From the NCBI GenBank assembly GCA_965222375.1, contig CBDCTZ010000015.1, positions 1,056,001 to 1,120,000 of the forward strand: a stretch of DNA of 64,000 nucleotides, written 5' to 3'. How positions within the stretch are numbered: the stretch's first letter is position 1; every line of letters starts with the position of its first letter. The stretch comes from Polyangiaceae bacterium. Lineage in GTDB: Bacteria > Myxococcota_A > Polyangia > Polyangiales > Polyangiaceae. The notes beneath the pieces are model-generated. The model saw only the letters and a program-made list of their open reading frames with translations, was not told where the DNA came from and made no database searches. Made by a program: the position numbers and the translations under genes. Positions 28,103 through 38,388 of the stretch are shown here, piece by piece.

Positions 28103-28146
28103 TGGCGCCCTGTGACGGCGCCCGGTGCGCCCAAAAAGGGCGCACC
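28103..28146. promoter_or_regulatory. Tandem palindromic enhancer-like sites
   Basis: Perfect GGTGCGCCC-aaaaa-GGGCGCACC (28124-28146) plus TGGCGCCC-tgtga-CGGCGCCC centred 22 bp to the left. Confidence 0.7.
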
Positions 28147-28239
28147 CACCCGCTCGATTCGCGCGACCTCGCTCACCTCGAGATGCTGATGCGATGCCTG
28201 CAAAGTACCGGTAGCGCCATGCCCACACCACTTGGCAAA

Positions 28240-28255
28240 TGGTACGCTTGCTGCA
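28240..28255 (+). promoter_or_regulatory. sigma54 -24/-12 promoter
   Basis: TGGTACGCTTGCTGCA. Confidence 0.65.
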
Positions 28256-28266
28256 GAGTTTTGGAT

Positions 28267-29430
28267 ATGCTGCACACTCGACCTTGGCGGCGTACCGGCC
28301 GCGCGAATTTCAGACTGTCTCGATGCAGCGGGATCGCTTTGTTCCTATTTGTCGTGGCCTGCAGCTTTCGCGTCATCGACGACGGCCCCACCGCATCCAA
28401 CGAGGTCGATGGCGGCGGCGCGGCGGCAGGAACGGGAGCTGTTGGAGGGACGGGAGCTGTTGGAGGGACGGGAGCTGTTGGAGGGGCGGGAGCTGTTGGA
28501 GGGACGGGAGCTGTTGGAGGGACGGGAGCTGTTGGAGGGACGGGAGGAACCGCGGGCGCGTCGAGCGGGGGAAACGGTGCAGCTGGGGGCAATCCGTCGT
28601 GCAGCTCCTGCGCCACGGGTGATTGCCGATGCGTTCCGGCGCCGGAAGCTGGCTGGCGGGCTGCCGTCTTCGCCGAAAGCACTGATGGACCGGTGGCGTG
28701 TCCCGCTGGCTATAGTCAGCAGATCGTCGTGGGTAAGGGCGTCGAGGACACCGGTTGCGGCTCGTGTCAGTGTAGCCAGCCCTCCACGACTCCGTGTCGT
28801 TGGCATTGGTCGAGCACGTCATCATGTGAGCTCAAACACCCTTGGGGCGCCTTGGGCAACAGCCTCACTGCTGGCGTCTGCCATGACACCAAGGTTTCTC
28901 AGACAGTCTTCACTCGCGTCTCAGTCGAGGGGATCCCGCTTACCGAGCCCAAGTGTGGCACGGGCAGCGCGGTCCCCAATGCGCCGAAGTATCAGACTAC
29001 CGCGACCCTGTGTATCGATACCTCAGCGGCCGCGTGCGGAAACGGGGTATGTGCAGCCGCGCCCCCGAGCAATTTCAACCAGGCTGCTTGCGTGGTCGCC
29101 AACCAGGAGGGCCCAGCACAATGTCCGGCGGGGTACCCGGTACAACGCGTTTTCGCAACAGGCTTCACAGACCAACGCACCTGCTCCGGATGCAGCTGCA
29201 CCTTGAACACTGCGTGCACCGGAGGCGGCATTCAGTACTGCGCAGGGACGGGATGCACGGGATGCAGCAGCAGCGTGCCCTGGGATAAGTGCACTCAAAC
29301 CTCGCCGGTCTCAATCAAGATCGTGTCCGTGGGCTCGCCGCCGACAGAAGTCTGCGCACCGTCGGGAAGCCCGAGCGTGTCGGGTTCGTTGAACCCATCT
29401 GGCACTCGAGTCGTTTGCTGCGATGGGTAG
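28267..29430 (+). CDS. Cys-rich lipoprotein, ACSFR family paralog A1
   Basis: Lipobox VVAC-SFRVID, GGTGAV repeats, Cys-rich domain CxCVP...GW...CP.G...DTGC..C.C...CP.GYPV...F.D.R.C..C.C...RVVCC; start uncertain. Confidence 0.8.
   Translation: MLHTRPWRRTGRANFRLSRCSGIALFLFVVACSFRVIDDGPTASNEVDGGGAAAGTGAVGGTGAVGGTGAVGGAGAVGGTGAVGGTGAVGGTGGTAGASSGGNGAAGGNPSCSSCATGDCRCVPAPEAGWRAAVFAESTDGPVACPAGYSQQIVVGKGVEDTGCGSCQCSQPSTTPCRWHWSSTSSCELKHPWGALGNSLTAGVCHDTKVSQTVFTRVSVEGIPLTEPKCGTGSAVPNAPKYQTTATLCIDTSAAACGNGVCAAAPPSNFNQAACVVANQEGPAQCPAGYPVQRVFATGFTDQRTCSGCSCTLNTACTGGGIQYCAGTGCTGCSSSVPWDKCTQTSPVSIKIVSVGSPPTEVCAPSGSPSVSGSLNPSGTRVVCCDG
28429..28545 (+). repeat. 18-bp coding tandem repeat (GTGAVG, ~6.5 copies)
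   Basis: gggacgggagctgttgga units. Confidence 0.9.
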
Positions 29431-29578
29431 AATGAGAAGACTGCTGGGAAACGGCACCTTGCATCGTGGCGGAGCAGGTCGGGTCCCTGAGCTGCCCAAC
29501 CGGATATCCGCAGAGGCATGTCTGGCTTCCTCAACGAGAGGACGGTGCGGACCATCTGTTGCGCGGGCCAGCTCCGAG

Positions 29579-32338
29579 TCATGACGACTCGCGCCGCAGT
29601 TCGCATGCTGGATCGAGAAGGTAGCCCTCGCGGGTCGTGATCAGGACCTGCACCAGCCCACGGCGCCGCAATTGGTTGATGGCCACACGCAGACGGTTCT
29701 TCGCGGCATCCCAGCCCATTCGCTCGCCGGGCCACCCCTGCGCCACGAGCTCTCGTGCCCGAACGGACTCGCCGGGTGCCTGAACCCTAGCGTCGACAAG
29801 CGCGCGCAATAGGCGCTGCAAGAGTGGTCGCTTGCGCAAGTCCACCTCGGTGTCACTCCCAATGCGAACTGTATCCCAGTCCTTCGAGATCCAGATTGGC
29901 TCCGTCGAACCTGCTTGCAGCGCCTCCCGCCGCAGCGACCGCTTGAGAAGACGCAGCGCGAAGCGCTCCAAGTCCGTTGGGACCTGATCTGGCTTGCCTT
30001 GCAGACGGTCCACGCGTTCCTCGTGGGTGCGAATCGTACGCTCCGCCTCGCGGATGCGCTTCGCTGTGTCCTTGGAGTCGTCGTGGAGCGGCAGATGGCA
30101 GGCGAGCAGTGCAAGCGCGTGTCGATAGGAGTCCATCGCGTCCTCGGGTAGCCACCGCTCGGCTTCGGCCAATTCCTGGACTGCTATTTGGCGGTGGCCG
30201 AATAGGGCCTCGGCGCTGGCCAGCGCAGCATGTGTCAGTGCGGTCAGCTCGGGACCGAGTACAGGTTTGGCAGCCAGGGCGAGGCGATAGTTTCGGGCGG
30301 CCTCGACTGGATCGTTCCTCTCCAGCATCAAGTGGCCCCGATAGACGAAAACACTGCTCTCCATGACGGCGTCGGCGCAATTGCGAGCCTCGGCGAGCGC
30401 TTGCTGCAGGGTCTGCTCGGCGATCTCGAGCTGTCCCTGTTCGATTTGAACCAGCCCGAGTTGCGTCAGTGCCCACCCCATGATGCGCCGGTCCGAGGCA
30501 CGCTGCGCTGCGGCCAGCGTGCGCTCGAAGTAGGCAACTGCATCTCTGAGTGCACCCGCCTCGGCAGCACGCGACCCGAGATGTACCAGCACCGCCGAGG
30601 CACTTCGTTCGTTCTTGCTGTCGCTCAGAAACGCAAGTGCGCGTTGCAGATCGGCTCGGGACTCTTCCCTGCGGAAGCGAACTCCAAGGTAGGTGCCACG
30701 GTCCTTGTAGAGCTCGGCACTGACCCAGTCGTTCGCCAACCGCTGACAAGACTCCTCGGCCTCGGCGAATAGCTGTTCGGCTCGATCGTGGCGACCGTCG
30801 AATCCCAGCGCGCCCGCCATTTTGATCGTCGCCAGACAGTGAAACGCAGAGCCTTCGTCAATTAGTTTCCGAACCGTGGTGAAGTCCGAGCACGCGTCCT
30901 CGTACCGGCCGCCCAGAAAGCGGACGTAGCCCCGACTCTGCAGCAGGGCACAGCGAAGTTTGGCGGGGATGCCGGAGAGCTCGAGTAACGACGACAGGAG
31001 CTTTTCATAGGCGCGCAGTGGGCCTTGCCTCAAGTACACGGGTTCCAACGCCACCGCAGCGAGTGCCGCCAGCTCCCCCCACCTCGAATCACCTGCCAAG
31101 GCGAACTCGCGCCCGCGCTCGACAACCGCGGCGAGATTGCTACTTTCGCCTGCAATGGCTGGCTCCTCGGCTCGGAGCAACGCGGAAGCCGTTTCCGCCT
31201 TGCCTCCAAGGCGCTGCACGAAGTGCTCCGCGTGAGCGAGCAGCAACGCGGGCTCGTGCTCCCGCAACGCGAACTCACGCACGATGCGATACATGGCGTA
31301 GCGCGTCTCTCGAGTCGAACTACCCCCCGCGATTCGAAGCAGCGACTTTTCAACGAGACTTGGGATGGGCGGTTCTGACGTCGGGTCCTTCGCGGTGCGG
31401 CGCCAAAGTGCGATCAGAGCAGTAGAGCCGATCTCACCAGCGAAAACTGCGCACACTTGAAGCAAAGAGCATTCGCTTGAGGTTAGGCGGGACCAAGACA
31501 GACCTACTGCGTGGCCGAGGCTGCCGTGTCGAGATGCGCCGTCGCGGGGACCACGGGTATCGAAGTTCAAGGGGCGCTCGAGTGCGGCTGCGAGATCGTG
31601 GAGGCTCTCCGCGGATAGCCGCGTAGTGACAAGTTCGATCGCAAGGGGCAGGCCGTCGACGGCTTCCGCGATGCGGGTCGCAATCAGCGAGGCACTGCCA
31701 TCCAGAGGCAACCCACCGAGCTGTCGTGCACGCCGCAGCACGAGCTCCGTCGCAGGGCCGTCGGGCCCCCAAGGCAATGGGGACAACAGGAACGCATGCT
31801 CCGCGGAGTGATGCAGTCGCTCGCGAGAGACGACCAGCACCGTGAGCTTGGGAGCGTCGCGCAAGAATGTGGTGATCCCTGGAACCAATTCGGCGGTGAG
31901 GTGTTCGACAGAATCCAGCACCAACACGCGGACGTCTCGATGATGCAGCTGAGCAGCGACGTCATCATCAGTCGTTACCCGCGAAGACCCGCAGAGAGCA
32001 CCGGAAATGACCCTGAGCACATCATCAGCATCCCGGCACTCCTCGAGATCGCATGCCACCACGCTGGCTCCCGCTTGGATGCCAAGAGCGCGCGCTAGCG
32101 CCGACTTCCCTACACCGGGTGGCCCCGTCAGGGTCACCAGCCGGCTATCACCAGCCAATAGCCCTTGCAGCGCGCGCAGGTCATCCTCGCGTCCAAGGAG
32201 TGTACCGGTGGTTGACGGGGGCGTCTGAGCCAATCTCGCACGCGGAGCATAGCGCGGCACGGGCCGGATTAGCTGGATTAGGTCTACGCCCTGGGAGGCC
32301 GCACCGCGCCCGTTCGGGTCGCAGTTGCCGGGCATCAT
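29579..32338 (-). CDS. STAND-type ATPase/TPR regulator with C-terminal winged helix
   Basis: Walker A GPPGVGKS, LVLDSVEH, VSRERL, DGLPLAIEL, TPR-like helices, C-terminal WPGE...NRLRVAINQLRR.GL...GYLLDP; true start may be slightly downstream. Confidence 0.85.
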   Translation of the reverse strand: MMPGNCDPNGRGAASQGVDLIQLIRPVPRYAPRARLAQTPPSTTGTLLGREDDLRALQGLLAGDSRLVTLTGPPGVGKSALARALGIQAGASVVACDLEECRDADDVLRVISGALCGSSRVTTDDDVAAQLHHRDVRVLVLDSVEHLTAELVPGITTFLRDAPKLTVLVVSRERLHHSAEHAFLLSPLPWGPDGPATELVLRRARQLGGLPLDGSASLIATRIAEAVDGLPLAIELVTTRLSAESLHDLAAALERPLNFDTRGPRDGASRHGSLGHAVGLSWSRLTSSECSLLQVCAVFAGEIGSTALIALWRRTAKDPTSEPPIPSLVEKSLLRIAGGSSTRETRYAMYRIVREFALREHEPALLLAHAEHFVQRLGGKAETASALLRAEEPAIAGESSNLAAVVERGREFALAGDSRWGELAALAAVALEPVYLRQGPLRAYEKLLSSLLELSGIPAKLRCALLQSRGYVRFLGGRYEDACSDFTTVRKLIDEGSAFHCLATIKMAGALGFDGRHDRAEQLFAEAEESCQRLANDWVSAELYKDRGTYLGVRFRREESRADLQRALAFLSDSKNERSASAVLVHLGSRAAEAGALRDAVAYFERTLAAAQRASDRRIMGWALTQLGLVQIEQGQLEIAEQTLQQALAEARNCADAVMESSVFVYRGHLMLERNDPVEAARNYRLALAAKPVLGPELTALTHAALASAEALFGHRQIAVQELAEAERWLPEDAMDSYRHALALLACHLPLHDDSKDTAKRIREAERTIRTHEERVDRLQGKPDQVPTDLERFALRLLKRSLRREALQAGSTEPIWISKDWDTVRIGSDTEVDLRKRPLLQRLLRALVDARVQAPGESVRARELVAQGWPGERMGWDAAKNRLRVAINQLRRRGLVQVLITTREGYLLDPACELRRESS

Positions 32339-32355
32339 GATAATCTGAGAGCGTC

Positions 32356-33843
32356 ATGGGCGAACCCGTCCCCCCGCTCACCGTTGGGCGCTATGAGATC
32401 TCCACGGAGATTGCCGCCGGAGGGATGGCAACCGTCCATCTCGGGCGCTTGGCTGGGGCCGCGGGTTTTGGTCGAGTTGTAGCTATCAAGCGGTTGCACC
32501 GGCATTTGGCCGGGGATCCCGAATTCGCAGAGATGTTCATCGCGGAAGCGAACCTCGCATCTCGGATCCGCCACCCCAATGTAGTGCCGACGCTAGACGT
32601 CGTGAGTACCGAAGGCGAGCTCTTCGTCGTGTTGGACTACGTGGAGGGGGAATCCCTGTCACAGCTGACCCGCGCCGCCAAGAAGGCGGGCAAGCGACTT
32701 CCTCTGGCTGTAGTTTCTTCAGCGCTAATCGGAGTTCTGCAAGGGCTTCACGCTGCACACACCGCCGTAAGCGCGGATGGCACGCCCCTCAAGATCATCC
32801 ACCGCGACGTCTCGCCGCAGAACGTTCTGGTTGGAGTGGACGGCATTGCCCGTGTCCTGGATTTCGGCGTCGCAAAGGCCATGGGACTCACGCAAACAAC
32901 CCGCGCAGGCACGGTCAAGGGCAAGATCCCATACATGCCTCCGGAGCAGCTTCGCGGCGACACACTGGATCCGAGGGCGGATCTCTACGCCGTTGGCCTG
33001 ATGTTGTGGGAGTGTTTTGCCGGAAAGCGCTACTTCACTGGCGATGACGAATTTCAGGTTGCGGCACGAGTGCAAAAGGGCGTTCAGAAGCCACCCTCGA
33101 GCCTGAATTCCGACGTGCCACCGGAGCTTGACGACCTGGTAATGAAGGCATGCCACCGTGAACCGAAGCAACGGTTCGAGGATGCCTTGGTGATGGCCAA
33201 GGCGCTGCGGGACGCGTGCGTACCGGCAATTCCAAGCGAGGTCGGCCAGATCGTTAGGGAATTTGCGACGGACTCGCTGGGAAAGCGGGCGCGCCTCGTC
33301 GCCGACCTGGAGTCTTCATCTCGCCCGTTCAGGCTCCCCTTGCCGGAACCGAGTGAGCTGCCCACCCGCGCGAGCAAGCCTGACGCGGCACCCGTCGATG
33401 CCCACGAGCTACCCACCCGTGCCACCGATGAACCGGAGACTCTGCTCAGTCCAACACACGGGTTCCATCGCTCTGGCACCATAGCCGCAACAACAGCAAA
33501 TCCGGCGCGCGGCTCGATGATGTGGGTGATCATCATCGGAGTCAGCGTTGGCGTCATTATTGCGGCGCTCGTACTCCTCTTGAGCCTGTCCTTGCGTTCA
33601 GATCCCGTCAATTCGCTAGCCCGTTTGAAGACGCCGGTCGTGCCACCAATTCCAACAGCGTCGTCCAGGGCACTGCCTGTACCAAGTGACCCGACGGCGG
33701 CGGTGGCACCAACCGAGAGCAGGGAGCCTGCGTCGCCCCCTCCACCCCGCACCGTGCGCCCGCCTCGGCCGCCCAAGAGCTGCAATCCGCCTTATACTGT
33801 CCGACCGGACGGCACCAAAAGGTTCAAACCCGAATGTTTCTGA
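32356..33843 (+). CDS. Membrane Ser/Thr protein kinase
   Basis: GGMATV, VAIK, HRDVSPQN, DFG, GKIPYMPPEQ, DLYAVG; TM; Pro-rich; C-terminal CNPPYTV..DGTKRFKPEC. Confidence 0.95.
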   Translation: MGEPVPPLTVGRYEISTEIAAGGMATVHLGRLAGAAGFGRVVAIKRLHRHLAGDPEFAEMFIAEANLASRIRHPNVVPTLDVVSTEGELFVVLDYVEGESLSQLTRAAKKAGKRLPLAVVSSALIGVLQGLHAAHTAVSADGTPLKIIHRDVSPQNVLVGVDGIARVLDFGVAKAMGLTQTTRAGTVKGKIPYMPPEQLRGDTLDPRADLYAVGLMLWECFAGKRYFTGDDEFQVAARVQKGVQKPPSSLNSDVPPELDDLVMKACHREPKQRFEDALVMAKALRDACVPAIPSEVGQIVREFATDSLGKRARLVADLESSSRPFRLPLPEPSELPTRASKPDAAPVDAHELPTRATDEPETLLSPTHGFHRSGTIAATTANPARGSMMWVIIIGVSVGVIIAALVLLLSLSLRSDPVNSLARLKTPVVPPIPTASSRALPVPSDPTAAVAPTESREPASPPPPRTVRPPRPPKSCNPPYTVRPDGTKRFKPECF

Positions 33844-34679
33844 GACGAATTTCCGTATGTGTCGCGGGCGTGCTCGCCTGCGGCGTGCTCGCCGCGCAGC
33901 CAAAAAGCGGACGTGAATGCGCTCAGCTGCACGAGAAAGCGCATTCCCTCCGGAAAGATGGCAAGCTGATCGAAGCGCGAGAGATGTTCACCAAGTGCAC
34001 ACTCTCTGTTTGTCCCGGAATCATTCGCACTGAATGCACGAAGGCAAGCGAACTGCTGGCAAGCAGCGTGCCGTCGATCGTGCTCGTGGTCAAACGCGGC
34101 GACGTCGAAGTCGACGAAGCCGAAGTACTCATCGACGACGTGCCCCTCGAAGGGGGGCTCGACGGTCGCGCCAAGGAGCTCAATCCCGGCCGCCACACCG
34201 TGAAAGTCACGGTGCCAAACGCAGCGGGTGTCGAGAAAACCATCCTGCTTCGAGAAAACGAGAAACAACGCCGGATCGAACTGGTGGTCGAAGAGGCCAA
34301 GACCGCACCCGTGGCGGATCCGGTCTTGGATACGGAACCCATCAGGAGCGGACCTCCGACGATCTCTTGGGTCCTATTCGGCGTGGGGGTCGCCGGATTG
34401 GCGAGCGCCGCCTATTTCGGATTCAGCGGCTTAGCGAAAGAAGACGAAGTGGAATCTTGCAACGTCGGCTGCGATCCGGACGCGGCCGACGATATCAAGA
34501 GCAGCTACTACACGCCGGCCGACATATCATTAGTGATCGGACTAGCGTCTATCGGCGTGGGTGGCTACCTGTGGTACGCGGACTCCAATAAGAGCAGGTC
34601 TGACGAGCAGGCGCGAATTGGAGTCGGTTTTGGTGCACGGCCGGGTGGTGGTCACGCCGTGCTCCACGGCCGCTTCTAA
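33834..34679 (+). CDS. PEGA-domain protein with N-terminal TPR-like helices and C-terminal hydrophobic segments
   Basis: Signal; GKLIEAREMF..C....CP..IR.EC; VLIDD...ELNPGRHTVKV; ends LHGRF; overlaps the kinase stop. Confidence 0.8.
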   Translation: MFLRRISVCVAGVLACGVLAAQPKSGRECAQLHEKAHSLRKDGKLIEAREMFTKCTLSVCPGIIRTECTKASELLASSVPSIVLVVKRGDVEVDEAEVLIDDVPLEGGLDGRAKELNPGRHTVKVTVPNAAGVEKTILLRENEKQRRIELVVEEAKTAPVADPVLDTEPIRSGPPTISWVLFGVGVAGLASAAYFGFSGLAKEDEVESCNVGCDPDAADDIKSSYYTPADISLVIGLASIGVGGYLWYADSNKSRSDEQARIGVGFGARPGGGHAVLHGRF

Positions 34680-36010
34680 CGCTCTCGGGCCTTGAGTTTC
34701 TGCAAGTAGCGCCGCCCGATACCAGCGGCCCGGGCGGCCTGCGAAACATTCCCTCCGTGAAGATCGAGTAATCGCTCCACGTACTTGGCCTCGAAGCGCT
34801 CGAGCAAGCGTCGACGCGCTTCGGAGTACGGCAAGCTGACATCCACAGCATCGTCGAGGGCTCCAGACTCAGCGGGCAACGTATTCCCGGAAAGCGCGAC
34901 GAGCTCTCCCAGGGCAAGATAGCGAGCCACGGCGTTACGCAGTTCCCGTACGTTGCCCGGCCAGTTCTCCCCACGCCAACGCAGAAGGAGATCGCCCCGG
35001 AGGGCCTCAGCCCCCCCGCCCAGTTGACGGGCGAAATGTCGAGCAAGGAACGCGACGTCGCCACGCCGCTCACGCAGGGGCGGTAGCTCGATGCGTGTCA
35101 CGGCAAGCCGATGATACAGGTCGTCTCGAAACTGCCGAGCCTGCACTTCCTTGTCCAGGTCTCGACGCGTCGCAGAAATGATACGCACATCCACACGGAC
35201 GGACTCGCGCCCACCAACGCGACGGAATTCCCCGCGCTCGATTGCTCTGAGCAGCTTAGGTTGGAGTTCGAGGGAAAGATCACCGATCTCATCTATGAGC
35301 AACGTTCCCCCGTGTGCAGCTTCGAGCAAGCCGATGCGGCGTTCTGATGCTCCGGTGAAGGCGCCCCGCTCGTGACCGAACAACTCGGACTCGATCAGGT
35401 TCGCTGGGATGGTCGTACAGTCGAAGACCACAAAGGCTTCTTCGGACCGCGGACCTTGGTTGTGCAGCGCTTCGGCCAGAACTTCTTTGCCGGTTCCGGT
35501 TTCTCCCTCGATCAGAACGGGCAGGTCGGTCGCCGCGAGGCGGGCGCAAAACGGGTACAGGCGTCGCATTTCGACGCTCGCGCCGAGCAGGTTTCCAAAG
35601 CTCGTTTCACTGACGACTTCTCCGGGCGGCTGAGCTTCCGCCAACTCGACCCGCAGCGCCGTGCCTCCAAGACGCAGCGTCTCCCCCCCGTTGAGCCAGG
35701 CACCAGAGATACCGAGGCCGTCGACGAAAGTGCCGTTCTTGGACTCCAGATCGGTGACGCGCAATCGCCGCCCCTGAACGTCGAGGGCGAGGTGGCGACG
35801 GGAAACCGAGCGATCCGAAAGCCGCAGTGCGCACGCTTCGCTCTGACCAACGAGCACGCGGGACGGCTCGCTGCCATCGAGCAGCAGCTCGGCGCCCGAG
35901 TCTGGGCCCTCGACGACGCTCAGCCGATAACGCGCGGCGGGCAGCGGAGAAAACTCGATTCTCGGGTGCGCAATCGTAGACAGTTCGTGCGAATCAGATT
36001 CACTCGCCAC
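34676..36010 (-). CDS. FHA-domain sigma54-dependent enhancer-binding protein (FHA-AAA+-Fis HTH)
   Basis: FHA GQS...VSRRH...DLESKNGT; GETGTGKE; ESELFGHERGAFTGA; DEIG; WPGNVRELRN; GNVSQAARAAGI. Confidence 0.95.
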   Translation of the reverse strand: MASESDSHELSTIAHPRIEFSPLPAARYRLSVVEGPDSGAELLLDGSEPSRVLVGQSEACALRLSDRSVSRRHLALDVQGRRLRVTDLESKNGTFVDGLGISGAWLNGGETLRLGGTALRVELAEAQPPGEVVSETSFGNLLGASVEMRRLYPFCARLAATDLPVLIEGETGTGKEVLAEALHNQGPRSEEAFVVFDCTTIPANLIESELFGHERGAFTGASERRIGLLEAAHGGTLLIDEIGDLSLELQPKLLRAIERGEFRRVGGRESVRVDVRIISATRRDLDKEVQARQFRDDLYHRLAVTRIELPPLRERRGDVAFLARHFARQLGGGAEALRGDLLLRWRGENWPGNVRELRNAVARYLALGELVALSGNTLPAESGALDDAVDVSLPYSEARRRLLERFEAKYVERLLDLHGGNVSQAARAAGIGRRYLQKLKARER

Positions 36011-36128
36011 GGGCCATCCTACTCACCTCTGGAAGGAAACGACGACATCTGAGGCATGATACCCTAATGTAGGACGGAACCCATCCGCCGCCCACGGTGC
36101 GCCATTCAGCGGGAGTATTCACCCCGAG

Positions 36129-37157
36129 CTAGGGGGTGCAGCAGATGACACGGGGCTCGGCACCCTGCACACTGCCAGTTGTCTTCGGCGTTCCGCTTGC
36201 CTTGCAGCCCGGGGGCGACGCGGGCGAAGTCACCTTGTAGGAGCTCCAGCTTCCGGAATGGCACGAGTCGATGGGCTTGGCGCTGGAGCAACCCGTGCAG
36301 CCGCTGCCCGTGCAGTAGACGATGCTTCCACCCGAGCAGCCCGTCGCGTCGCAGGCGCAGCCCGTGCAGCTGCGCTTGTCGGTGATGGAACCGAAGGCCG
36401 TAGATTGCACGGAGTAGCCACTTGGACAGCTCTGGTTCCCATCCGTCGCCGACATGACGCAAGGCTTGGCATTGAAGGGCGACGGCGGCCGAGGCACGCA
36501 CTCGAACCCGGCTTCGCAAGTCGTGGCGGTTTGCTCCGCGCGGCACATCGTAACCTGTGTACCGAATGTCGGAGGGATGCGGTTCACGTTTATTGCGCAG
36601 CCCTTCTGTGGAACCACGTTCATGCTCTTGGCGCTCCCGCCTCCAGAGGGCACGCAGCTTCCGCTCTGATCGAGTGTGCCGGCGCCAGATAGAGTCGTGC
36701 CACAACTCGAATCCGTATAGTCCAACGGGTGACAGCGGTCGACACCCGGTACCGGGACGCAGGCACAGGGCTCGCAACCGGTATCGACAGGGTCTTTGCC
36801 TCGGACGAGCGGATCGTTGAACCCGCCGGGGCAACTGCTCGCGGATTCCCCCTCGACGAACGCTGCGTGAAACCAACCCAGAGGCGCTTTTGGCGCACAA
36901 ACACAGTCGTTCGTCCCGCAGCCAGTGCAAGGCGCGAGAGGAGGGCTGCCCGCGGATCCGCTCGCCCCAGCAGCCGCGGATGCACCTGCACTCGCGCCGC
37001 TGCCTCCGGCGGCACTGGCGCCACCGCCTCCAGCCGTATTCCCACCGGTACCCACACCGCTGCTGCCACCGTTGTCAGCGACCTGTCCACCGCTAATGTC
37101 ACGGAAGGAACACGCGACCGCAACCAACAACAACGCAGAGCTCAAGGAACGAATCAC
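36129..37157 (-). CDS. Cys-rich lipoprotein, ACSFR family paralog A2
   Basis: AVAC-SFRDIS; Gly linker; same Cys pattern as 28267..29430 (DTGC, CPSGY.V, D.RSC, RVICC). Confidence 0.82.
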   Translation of the reverse strand: MIRSLSSALLLVAVACSFRDISGGQVADNGGSSGVGTGGNTAGGGGASAAGGSGASAGASAAAGASGSAGSPPLAPCTGCGTNDCVCAPKAPLGWFHAAFVEGESASSCPGGFNDPLVRGKDPVDTGCEPCACVPVPGVDRCHPLDYTDSSCGTTLSGAGTLDQSGSCVPSGGGSAKSMNVVPQKGCAINVNRIPPTFGTQVTMCRAEQTATTCEAGFECVPRPPSPFNAKPCVMSATDGNQSCPSGYSVQSTAFGSITDKRSCTGCACDATGCSGGSIVYCTGSGCTGCSSAKPIDSCHSGSWSSYKVTSPASPPGCKASGTPKTTGSVQGAEPRVICCTP

Positions 37158-37258
37158 AGCGGGTGAGTGTACCGCTTTCTAGGTGACGTCGCACGTCCAT
37201 CGTGCGGTAGATCCAGTCCGCATTGCGGAATGGCATCCCGTAGTCCCCACACGACGGG

Positions 37259-37279
37259 GTGCGCCCCGACAGGACGCAC
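37259..37279. promoter_or_regulatory. Palindromic enhancer-like site between divergent lipoprotein genes
   Basis: GTGCGCCC-cgaca-GGACGCAC. Confidence 0.65.
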
Positions 37280-37386
37280 CTCGAGTGTTCACGGTTTGCG
37301 CGGTCCATGCGGCCCGTCGGCCCGCATGGTAATCTACACTCCACTTTCATGGCAGAGCCGTGACACCATCTGCAGCGGAAGGCGTG

Positions 37387-38388
37387 ATGGCGCGTTACTC
37401 GAACAAGTCGAACGCTGTAGCCTGGCTTCTCCTTGGCGCGCTCGCATCCGCGTGCGGCCTGCGAAGCATCGACGTACCCGAGCGCGGGGGCGCGGGCGGG
37501 AACGCCATGCAGGGGGATGCCAGCTTGGATGTTGGTGGCGGTGGATTTCCTAGTCAAGACGCCTCCGCCGACGCACCGGCGGACAGCCTCGGCGACTGCT
37601 CGAGCTGTATTGGGGGCAACTGCGCCTGCGTCCCTCCCGCGCCGCAGGACTGGGAGCATGCTGTGGTTGCCGAGCACACGGACGGCACGAGACAGCTCTG
37701 TCCGCAGGGCTTTGACGCGCCGATCATTCTTGGGCTCGGCGCGAAAGACACCGGTTGTGGTAGCTGCGTGTGCAAAGACCCAGCGGCGCGCTGTCGTTCC
37801 GAAACCTACGACCAGTGCGGCGGCACATACAAGTCGGGCGGAGACATCATCGGCGCGGGCTGCAATACCAGCCTCGTCACCAACGCAACCCAGGCCACGA
37901 AGCTGGACACCTACAAGACTTGTACGGACTTCGAGCCCCAGCCCCTTGAACCTGTTTTCGATACGACCGTAACCGTTTGCCGCCATGACGACACAGCGCT
38001 CACGAGCTGCGGCAACGGAGTCTGCCTTCCCACACCGCTACCACCCTTCGAGGCGATGGCCTGTGTCATCTCCAGCAACAGCGGAGATCAAACCTGCCCC
38101 GCCGGCTACCCCGTCAAGCGAAGTTACGCGACTGGCTTCAATGACCAGCGCAGCTGCCCGAGTTGCCAATGCCCCACCAGCGCGCTGTCCTGCAAGGGGG
38201 CAACCGTGCGCTTCTGCGAAGGAAAGAACTGCACGGGGTGCCGTCCCGCCAGGCCATTCGGCGCGTGCGTGCAGGGACCTGTCGCGAGCGTAGACGTCGT
38301 GATGCCCCTTTGCTCCAATGGTCCTTCCGGGGCGGCGGGTTCTGTATCCACCGCGGGGCTTCGGGTGGTGTGCTGCACGGCGAGTTGA
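37387..38388 (+). CDS. Cys-rich lipoprotein, ACSFR family paralog A3
   Basis: ASAC-GLRSID; same Cys pattern (CACVP, DTGCGSC, CPAGYPV, FNDQRSC, RVVCC). Confidence 0.82.
   Translation: MARYSNKSNAVAWLLLGALASACGLRSIDVPERGGAGGNAMQGDASLDVGGGGFPSQDASADAPADSLGDCSSCIGGNCACVPPAPQDWEHAVVAEHTDGTRQLCPQGFDAPIILGLGAKDTGCGSCVCKDPAARCRSETYDQCGGTYKSGGDIIGAGCNTSLVTNATQATKLDTYKTCTDFEPQPLEPVFDTTVTVCRHDDTALTSCGNGVCLPTPLPPFEAMACVISSNSGDQTCPAGYPVKRSYATGFNDQRSCPSCQCPTSALSCKGATVRFCEGKNCTGCRPARPFGACVQGPVASVDVVMPLCSNGPSGAAGSVSTAGLRVVCCTAS

Noticed and set aside
29579..32338. Avs-type antiphage STAND defence system
   Set aside because: No N-terminal effector domain; the C-terminal winged helix fits the transcription-regulator STAND type common in myxobacteria
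36097..36104. Enhancer palindrome upstream of the EBP gene (also one at about 46215)
   Set aside because: Only half-sites (GTGCGCC), expected by chance in GC-rich DNA
37158..37386. sigma54 promoters for the divergent A2/A3 lipoproteins
   Set aside because: Candidates (minus CGGTACACTCACCCGC, plus TGGCAGAGCCGTGAC, minus GGGATGCCATTCCGCA) have wrong spacing or poor consensus
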